Shown in pieces: positions 55,803-64,000 of a stretch of DNA of 64,000 bases. How positions within the stretch are numbered: position 1 is the stretch's first letter; every line of letters begins with the position of its first letter. A program made the position numbers and the translations under genes. Under the pieces are notes generated by a model that was not told the origin of the DNA, did not search any database, and saw nothing but the letters and a program-made list of their open reading frames with translations. The stretch is from an uncultured Gemmatimonadaceae bacterium (lineage in GTDB: Bacteria > Gemmatimonadota > Gemmatimonadetes > Gemmatimonadales > Gemmatimonadaceae), in assembly GCA_963751275.1 (NCBI GenBank), contig CAVVTZ010000009.1, positions 544,001 to 608,000 of the forward strand, written 5' to 3'.

Positions 55803-57653
55803 GTGATCCAACAGCTGCCGCATACGATACCCGATTCCGTCCGCGACACCGCCGTGGTGAAGACACCGCTCCCCGGCGGCGTTGGCGTATTCGTGCGCTG
55901 GCTCATGAACCTGCCGTCGTGGATCCAGGCGACTGGCGCCGCGGTGGGCGCCGCGATTGGCATCGCGGTGGTCTGGTTCCTCTGGAAACACCGCAAGGCG
56001 ATCTGGGCGTGGCTCACCACGCGCTCGCGCGGGATGAAGATCGCGCTGGCGTCGGTGGCGTTCGTGGTGGTCGCCGGCGCCGTGGCGTTCGGGATGGTCA
56101 GCTGGCATTACATGATGCACAACAACGATTTCTGCGTCAGCTGCCACGTGATGACGAACGCGTACTCGCGCTTCCAGCACAGCGAGCACAACAAGCTCCA
56201 GTGCCACGACTGCCACCAGCAGTCGCTGTACGCGAGCATGCGGCAGCTCGTGCTCTGGGTGGCGGAGAAGCCGCAGGCGATCCCGCCGCACGCGAAGGTG
56301 CCGAACAACGTCTGCGGCAATTGTCATATCCGGGGTCCGGGGCAGGACAGCGTCTGGAAGGAGATCAGCGCGACGGCGGGTCACCGCGTGCATTTCACGT
56401 CGGATTCCGCGAGCCTCAAGAACCTCCAGTGCACGAAGTGCCACGGCCTGGAGGTCCATCACTTCGTGCCGGTGGATTCATCGTGCGGCCAATCGGGATG
56501 CCATCAGAACCTCCCGATGAAGATCGCGAAGATGAAGGACCAGACGTCGCTGCATTGCACCAAGTGCCACCAGTTCACGCGCGCGGTGGCGGAGAACATC
56601 CCGAACGATTCGGCCAAGCGCATGCTGCACCCGACGTTCGACCAGTGCCTCGGCTGCCACGAGATGAAGAAGGTGCTGGGCGAGTACGACCAGTCGAAGG
56701 ATCCGCACAAGGGCGTCTGCGGCTCGTGCCACAACCCGCACACCCAGGCGACGCCGCAGGTGGCGTGGACGAGCTGCCAGAACTCGGGGTGTCACGCGAA
56801 GCCGGAGACGCTCACGCCGTTCCACCGCGGCATCACGGTGGCGGCCCTGGACAAGTGCGAGACGTGCCACCAGGCGCACACGTGGACCGTGAGCGGCGAC
56901 AAGTGTCTCGTCTGTCACAAGAGCATCTTCGAAGACCGCCCGCCCGGCACGAAGTCGCTCGCCGGCGTGACCCCCGCGCAGCTCACCGCGTTCGGCGGCC
57001 AGTCGGGAGCGGCCGGCACCGGTTACACCGGTTCGGAACCGTTCTCGCACCGGCGCCATCGCGACCTGCAGTGCACCTCGTGCCACGGCACGGGTAAGGC
57101 GCACGGCGCGCTGCTGGTGAAGACGAAATCGGATTGCCAGAGCTGCCACCACGCGAACGCGAAGGTCACGGCGAGCGGATCCGTGTCGGGCCCGTCGTCG
57201 GCGAAGTGCACCGTGTGCCACACCACCGTGGGACTCCGGCAGGCGATCCCCGACACGTTGATGGTCAAGCTCTCCGTGTGGAAGGAGCCGCGCACCAAAG
57301 TGCTCTCCTTCCGCCATGACCAGCACGGTTTCGCGGATTGCCTCACGTGCCACGGCACGCCCGTGACGATGGTGGTGCCCGCCGACAAGAGCTGTGAGAG
57401 TTGCCACGCGAAGCACCATGTGGTGGACGCGTCGTGCCGCGCGTGTCACGCGACGCCCAAGGCGGCGCACACGCGCGAGGCGCATCTCGGATGTGAAGGT
57501 TCGCAATGTCACGCGCCGCAGACCGTCGCGGCGCTGCAGCCGAAACGGAACGTCTGCCTTACCTGTCACTCGGATAAGGTGACGCACAAGCAGGGCAAGG
57601 AGTGCGCGGCATGCCACCAAGTGCAGTGGCTCACCCAGCAGAAGGGCACATGA
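55803..57653 (+). CDS. Inner-membrane-anchored multiheme cytochrome c with NapC/NirT-like N-terminus (17 CxxCH plus 3 CX4CH)
   Basis: Two TM helices, then FCVSCHVM...S.H...CHDCH, followed by a long heme chain. Confidence 0.92.
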   Translation: MIQQLPHTIPDSVRDTAVVKTPLPGGVGVFVRWLMNLPSWIQATGAAVGAAIGIAVVWFLWKHRKAIWAWLTTRSRGMKIALASVAFVVVAGAVAFGMVSWHYMMHNNDFCVSCHVMTNAYSRFQHSEHNKLQCHDCHQQSLYASMRQLVLWVAEKPQAIPPHAKVPNNVCGNCHIRGPGQDSVWKEISATAGHRVHFTSDSASLKNLQCTKCHGLEVHHFVPVDSSCGQSGCHQNLPMKIAKMKDQTSLHCTKCHQFTRAVAENIPNDSAKRMLHPTFDQCLGCHEMKKVLGEYDQSKDPHKGVCGSCHNPHTQATPQVAWTSCQNSGCHAKPETLTPFHRGITVAALDKCETCHQAHTWTVSGDKCLVCHKSIFEDRPPGTKSLAGVTPAQLTAFGGQSGAAGTGYTGSEPFSHRRHRDLQCTSCHGTGKAHGALLVKTKSDCQSCHHANAKVTASGSVSGPSSAKCTVCHTTVGLRQAIPDTLMVKLSVWKEPRTKVLSFRHDQHGFADCLTCHGTPVTMVVPADKSCESCHAKHHVVDASCRACHATPKAAHTREAHLGCEGSQCHAPQTVAALQPKRNVCLTCHSDKVTHKQGKECAACHQVQWLTQQKGT

Positions 57654-59113
57654 GCCTTCGCGTCCGGGCCGCCGCCGCGCTGCTCGCGGCGCTCGCCGCC
57701 GCGATGCCGGCCGCGGCGCAGGAAGTCCGCGTCGGCGGCTCCACGGTGGGGCAGGTCGTCCAGCTCCCGACGCTCATCCTCGACAGCATTCCCGTCGGCC
57801 AGACCACCGGCACCGGCACCTACCGCCAGACGCCGCAGGGCTACGTCGCGTATTGCCAGACCGGCTTCCCCTACTGCCTGTACCAGCGTTCCGGTCCGAC
57901 GATCACCACGGAGCCGCTCACGCAGGACATCGAGGTGAACGCATTCGGTTTCGGCCAGGGGCTGCGCTTCTACGGCGACGTGCGCTTCCGCACGACGGGC
58001 GGCAACCAGGCGTGGCCGTTGGCGTCACAGACATTCTCGGCGCTCGCGGTGTTCCTCGAATACGACCGCAGCGACTGGCGCGGGCGCCTCGGAAGGCAGT
58101 TCACGCAGAACGGGCTGGGCTACTACAACTACGACGGACTCTCGGTGCTCTGGCGCGCGAAGCCGTGGATCGACGCCGAACTCTACGGCGGCGGCGCACT
58201 CATGGAAGGCGTGAACGCGCCGTACACGAACACGGTGATCACGGATCCGCAGGATCCGCCGGTGCCGAACAACAACGCGTGGCTGGTGGGCGCGCAGGTG
58301 CGCGCGCACTGGCAGGATGGGTCGTCGGTGTCCGGCATCTTCCAGCTCATCGACCGCGACGACCTGCACGGCATTTACTCCGAACGGCTCGCGATCAACG
58401 GCGCGTTCCACGCCGGCAAGACGGCGATCACGGCGGACCTGCAGAACGATTTCGCGACGCAGCAGGTGAACCTCTTCCAGGCGCGCGGGACCTACCCGCT
58501 GCAGAACGGAACGGGAGTGTTCCTGGAAGTGCGCCACTACGTTCCCGTGTTCGAGCTGTATTCCATCTGGAGCGTGTTCGCGCCGGTGGGCTACAACGAG
58601 CTCACGGGCGGCGCGTTCTGGGCGGCGCGCGGCGGCGTGTTGTCGGCGCAGCTCTCGGGCGGCTACCGCGACTACCTGAACCCGAACGCGGGCACGGGCG
58701 CGCTGCGCACGCAGGGCTGGCGCGTGGGTGCGGACCTCACGTGGCAGGCGGCGCGCGAGTGGATCGTGCGCGGCGGCTACCATTACGACATCGGCCCGGG
58801 TGCGGCGGAGAGCGACGGCAGCTTCTCCGCGCGCTGGGAGCCGAGCGCGGACGTGTACGCCGGCGTCTTCGGCACGGCGTTCCAGACGGCGTACGAATAC
58901 GAGCAGGGATTCGGCAACGTGATCGGCGGCGGCGTGACCGCGGGCGTGAAGCTCAGCGATTGGGGACACCTGGGCGCCGATGTGGCCGAGTACCGGAACA
59001 CGTACGGCGGCAACGCGCCGCAGTCGGACTGGAATCAATTGCGCGCGACGCTGCGCTTCGACTTCCTCGTGGGACGCGAGCCCGGCTATTCGGGCGGTGG
59101 GGTGGTGCGATGA
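57650..59113 (+). CDS. Outer-membrane beta-barrel (porin) inside the cytochrome cluster
   Basis: Signal peptide, RLGRQ motif, alternating aromatic strands, no heme motif; ATGA-coupled on both sides. Confidence 0.8.
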   Translation: MSLRVRAAAALLAALAAAMPAAAQEVRVGGSTVGQVVQLPTLILDSIPVGQTTGTGTYRQTPQGYVAYCQTGFPYCLYQRSGPTITTEPLTQDIEVNAFGFGQGLRFYGDVRFRTTGGNQAWPLASQTFSALAVFLEYDRSDWRGRLGRQFTQNGLGYYNYDGLSVLWRAKPWIDAELYGGGALMEGVNAPYTNTVITDPQDPPVPNNNAWLVGAQVRAHWQDGSSVSGIFQLIDRDDLHGIYSERLAINGAFHAGKTAITADLQNDFATQQVNLFQARGTYPLQNGTGVFLEVRHYVPVFELYSIWSVFAPVGYNELTGGAFWAARGGVLSAQLSGGYRDYLNPNAGTGALRTQGWRVGADLTWQAAREWIVRGGYHYDIGPGAAESDGSFSARWEPSADVYAGVFGTAFQTAYEYEQGFGNVIGGGVTAGVKLSDWGHLGADVAEYRNTYGGNAPQSDWNQLRATLRFDFLVGREPGYSGGGVVR

Positions 59114-60642
59114 GCCGGCGGATGCTCCTTCCCTCGATCGCGGCCGCGGTGTGCGCGCTCGCGCTCGCCTTCGGGCCGGCCCGCGCGCAACAGGCCGACA
59201 GCTTCCCGCACAGCGCGCACGCGAAGGTGTTCCCATCGTGCACCGGCTGCCACGCCGGCATCGTGAGCGGCGACGCGAGCACCACATTCCCCGCGCCCAG
59301 CGCCTGCGCGGGCTGCCATGATGGGCAGCAGCGCTACGAAGGCCGCGTGCTGAAGGCGGTCACGTACAAGGGCGGCAGCTATCCGGCGACGAACCTGAAG
59401 TTCTCGCACGTCGAGCACGCGAAGGTGACGAACACCGCGGGCAGCACGCGCGCGTGCGTGGCGTGCCACCAGCGGCCGGGCGACACCGCGTTCATGGCGG
59501 TGGCGGGACCCGCGCCGGCGCTCTGTCTCGATTGCCACGAGCACGCGGCGCCGACGCACCTCGCCGAGTCGGCGAACTGCCGCACCTGCCACGTGCCGCT
59601 CGCGCAGGCGACCGCGCTCACCGCGGCCTCGATCGCGAAGTTCCCGAAGCCGGCCTCGCACGACGACAAGGACTGGCTGCTCTCGCACGCGCCGGCCGAC
59701 AGCGCCGCCGTGGCGCGCTGCGCCATGTGCCACACGCAGGAGAGCTGCGCGCGCTGCCACATCACGCCCGCGTCCACCAACGCGATCACGGCGCTCGGCA
59801 GCAATCCCACCGTGGCCGTGGCGCTCGCGGGCAAGGCCGCCAACTATCCGGTGCCGCCCAGCCATGCGGCGCCCGATTTCAAGGCGGCGCACGGGAAGGC
59901 GGCCAAGGAGAACCCGGCGACCTGCGCGAGTTGTCACGCGCAGCAGAGTTGTGAGACCTGCCATTTGAAGCGCGGGGCGGGCGGCGTGATCGCCAAGCTC
60001 CCCGTGCCGCACGCGGGCGGTGCGCAGGGCGTGCAGCTGCGCAGCGCGAGCGACTTCTCGCTCTTCGCGGCGGTGGCGTTCCGCGCGCCGGGATCGGGCC
60101 CGGTGAAGGGGCGCCCCGACGTGTGGAGCGTACGCGTGCACGACCCCGGCTTCGCGAAGAACCACCGCGCCGAGGCGTCGTCGGCGGCGCCCAACTGCCT
60201 GGGCTGTCACCAGAAGGTGTACTGCGCCGACTGTCACGACGGCGTGGGCCGCCTCAAGTACCACACCGCGGACTACGTGCAGGGGCACGCATCGAGCGCG
60301 TACGGCCGCGAGCAGGAATGCTCCGCCTGCCACAATACGCAGGCGTTCTGCCTCAGCTGCCACCAGAAGACCGGACTCGCGGCGAACGGCTCGATGACCG
60401 GCGTGATGCACAACCAGTCACCGAACTGGCTGCTCGATCATGGGGAAGCGGCGCGGCTCTCGCTGCCGAATTGCATCAGCTGCCACAAGCAGTCCGACTG
60501 CATCAAGTGCCACTCGACCACCACGTGGGGGATCAACCCGCACGGGCCGAACTTCGATGCCGACCGGATGGCGAAGCTGAACACCCAGATCTGCTACTAC
60601 TGCCACGTCACGAACCCGGTGAGCGGAAGCCGGACGCACTGA
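59110..60642 (+). CDS. Secreted 16-heme cytochrome c
   Basis: Signal peptide, F.H..H c3-like motifs, 16 CxxCH including paired CxxCH-x4-CxxCH units. Confidence 0.92.
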   Translation: MSRRMLLPSIAAAVCALALAFGPARAQQADSFPHSAHAKVFPSCTGCHAGIVSGDASTTFPAPSACAGCHDGQQRYEGRVLKAVTYKGGSYPATNLKFSHVEHAKVTNTAGSTRACVACHQRPGDTAFMAVAGPAPALCLDCHEHAAPTHLAESANCRTCHVPLAQATALTAASIAKFPKPASHDDKDWLLSHAPADSAAVARCAMCHTQESCARCHITPASTNAITALGSNPTVAVALAGKAANYPVPPSHAAPDFKAAHGKAAKENPATCASCHAQQSCETCHLKRGAGGVIAKLPVPHAGGAQGVQLRSASDFSLFAAVAFRAPGSGPVKGRPDVWSVRVHDPGFAKNHRAEASSAAPNCLGCHQKVYCADCHDGVGRLKYHTADYVQGHASSAYGREQECSACHNTQAFCLSCHQKTGLAANGSMTGVMHNQSPNWLLDHGEAARLSLPNCISCHKQSDCIKCHSTTTWGINPHGPNFDADRMAKLNTQICYYCHVTNPVSGSRTH

Positions 60643-60663
60643 CCGGGTTCGTGAGGGCCGGGC

Positions 60664-61119
60664 TCAGGTGCTCGGCGGCTTGGGCGCGGGCGGGGCGGTG
60701 TGCGCCTTCTTCATCAGGCTGTCGGTGAACACCTCTTGGCCGTTCGACGCGCGTGCGCTGAACGCCGCCATCGCGCTGTCCGCGAGCTGCTTGTTGCCGA
60801 GCTTGTCGGCGGCCATGTAGACGCCGTAGTAGGGCGCCGCGTTCGCGGGCGCGTACTTCACGGCGAGCTCGTACTTCGCCAGCGCCCCTTCATAGTTCCC
60901 CGCCTTGTACAGCACGTTGCCGCTGTCGAGCGCCGCCTTGGCGTTGGGCGACAGCAGCACGTGCGGATTGTTCATGCGCGCGGCGGCGGATGTGTCCACC
61001 GTGATCTGGCCGGGCTGCGCGCCGTCCGCGTCGCCCAACGGATGCTTGGGCGGCTCTTTGGACTGGCATGCCGCGGCGGCCAGCGCCGCGAGGATGATCC
61101 CGATACGTCTATGTGACAC
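60664..61119 (-). CDS. TPR lipoprotein
   Basis: AAAC lipobox; GN.LYKAGNYEGAL..Y TPR. Confidence 0.8.
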   Translation of the reverse strand: MSHRRIGIILAALAAAACQSKEPPKHPLGDADGAQPGQITVDTSAAARMNNPHVLLSPNAKAALDSGNVLYKAGNYEGALAKYELAVKYAPANAAPYYGVYMAADKLGNKQLADSAMAAFSARASNGQEVFTDSLMKKAHTAPPAPKPPST

Positions 61120-61327
61120 GATCCTGTCTCCCGTGTTGGATTCGAAGTGCCGACCTGGACTGAACTTGCCTCCGGAATGGTCGCCTCCGGAAGCCCGGCA
61201 GACTGTCAGGAAAATGCCGCATCCCTGCCCGGCGAATTTCCGCTATTGAAAGGCTGGCCCGGCGCCAAGTTGCACTGGTCGTGGAGGACCTCGTTCGTAG
61301 GCCACACTGCCGGTCCCCGGAGGCTAC

Positions 61328-62465
61328 ATGTACCAAACTCTGATGCCCTGGTCTGCCGATGAAGGACTCGCGGCGAACCTGGAGCGGCGAGGGGTCAATC
61401 GCCGCGATTTCCTCGCGTACTGCGCCGAGCTCGCTGCGATCCTCGGCCTTTCGGCGGCAATGACCCCGCGGATCGCCGAAGCGCTCGAGAAGCTCAAGCG
61501 CCCCCCCGTCATCTGGCTGCAGCTGCAGGAATGCACCGGCTGTGTCGAGAGCGTGATCCGCACGTCGGATCCGACGATCGGTGATCTCCTGCTCGACACG
61601 ATCTCCCTGGACTTCCAGGAGACGCTGATGGCCGCCGCCGGCGATGCCGCCGAGCGTGCGAAAGAGCAGTCGATGAAAGACAACTATGGAAAGTACATCC
61701 TGCTCGTGACCGGCTCCGTGCCGCTCGGAGCGGATGGGATCTACACCACCATCGGCGGACGCACGGCCAAGGACCATCTCGAGACCGCGGCGAAGGGCGC
61801 GGCGGCGATCGTCGCGATCGGCGCGTGCGCGCATTTCGGCAGCGTGCAGAGCGCGAAGCCGAATCCGACGGGCGCGGTGGGCGTGGACCAGGTCATCAAG
61901 GACAAGCCGGTGGTGAACATCGCGGGCTGTCCGCCGATCGCCGAAGTGATCACGGGCACGCTCGTGCACTTCCTGACGTTCGGCCGGCTCCCCGAGCTCG
62001 ATGGCGACGGGCGTCCGCTCTTCGCGTACGGTTCGCGCATCCACGACCAGTGCCCGCGCCGCGCGAAATTCGACGCCGGCCAGTTCGTGCAGGCGTTCGA
62101 CGATGAGGGCGCGCGGAAGGGCTACTGCCTCTACCATGTCGGCTGTAAGGGACCGGCGACGTTCTCGCCGTGCCCGATCTTCATGTGGAACGGCCACACG
62201 AACTTCCCGATCGGCGCCGGGCACCCGTGCATCGGGTGCACCGAGCGGCATTTCTGGGACACGATGAGTCCCTTCTATACGCGCCTGCCGGATGTGTACG
62301 GCGTGGGCGTGGAGCGCACCGCCGACACTCTGGGTGCGGCATTGGCGATCGGCGCAGTAGCCGGCGTGGCGGCGCATGCCGCGGCGACGGGAATCCATCA
62401 GATCCAGACCCGCCGGCGCGAAGCCGCGGCGACTACGGGCGCCCCGGGCGCGGGAGGAAAGGGCA

Positions 62466-62473
<8 letters not shown>
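61328..62473 (+). CDS. Group 1 [NiFe]-hydrogenase small subunit
   Basis: NRRDFL Tat motif, ECTGC, GCPP, HDQCPRR, GCKGP, GHPCIGC; C-terminal TM anchor with His. Confidence 0.97.

Positions 62474-64000
<1,527 letters not shown>

Noticed and set aside
57853..59109. N-terminal extension making a 929-aa cytochrome
   Set aside because: It overlaps the porin gene in another frame. The real start is ATG59110, which has a signal peptide.

Overview
High-GC bacterial chromosomal window. The lineage looks Gemmatimonadota-like, which is an inference from SusC/SusD pairs in a very GC-rich background together with the RicT-metG and accA-dnaE gene order. From left to right it holds: SusC/SusD pair 1; a 10-gene envelope operon resembling the Agl-Glt core (two paralogous coiled-coil-tailed beta-barrels, coiled-coil and TPR proteins, a GltF-like protein, one TolQ/ExbB, two TolR/ExbD and an AgmX/PglI-type TonB-C protein); a TPM/NTase/LemA/M23 cluster; SusC/SusD pair 2; M23, msrA and msrB; a phosphodiesterase; an AbrB-Doc toxin-antitoxin pair; metG, ricT, accA and dnaE; peptidases, a UvrD helicase, DDAH, a Mo-oxidoreductase and Hsp20; a complete ccmA-H operon; a porin plus three multiheme cytochromes (about 9, 20 and 16 hemes); and a group 1 [NiFe]-hydrogenase that runs off the end. 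Four things stand out. (1) A family of related long inverted-repeat elements occurs at five loci. Two copies enclose a four-helix-bundle (23S-IVS/bAvd-like) gene, two are empty hairpins and one is a tandem expansion. (2) There is a putative H2-linked porin-cytochrome electron conduit. (3) There is an Agl-Glt-like proton-motor machine. (4) Eight single-base frameshifts all fall at RCATC/GATGY, suggesting modification-driven sequencing errors rather than pseudogenes. All functional calls come from motif recognition by eye; no database searches were run.
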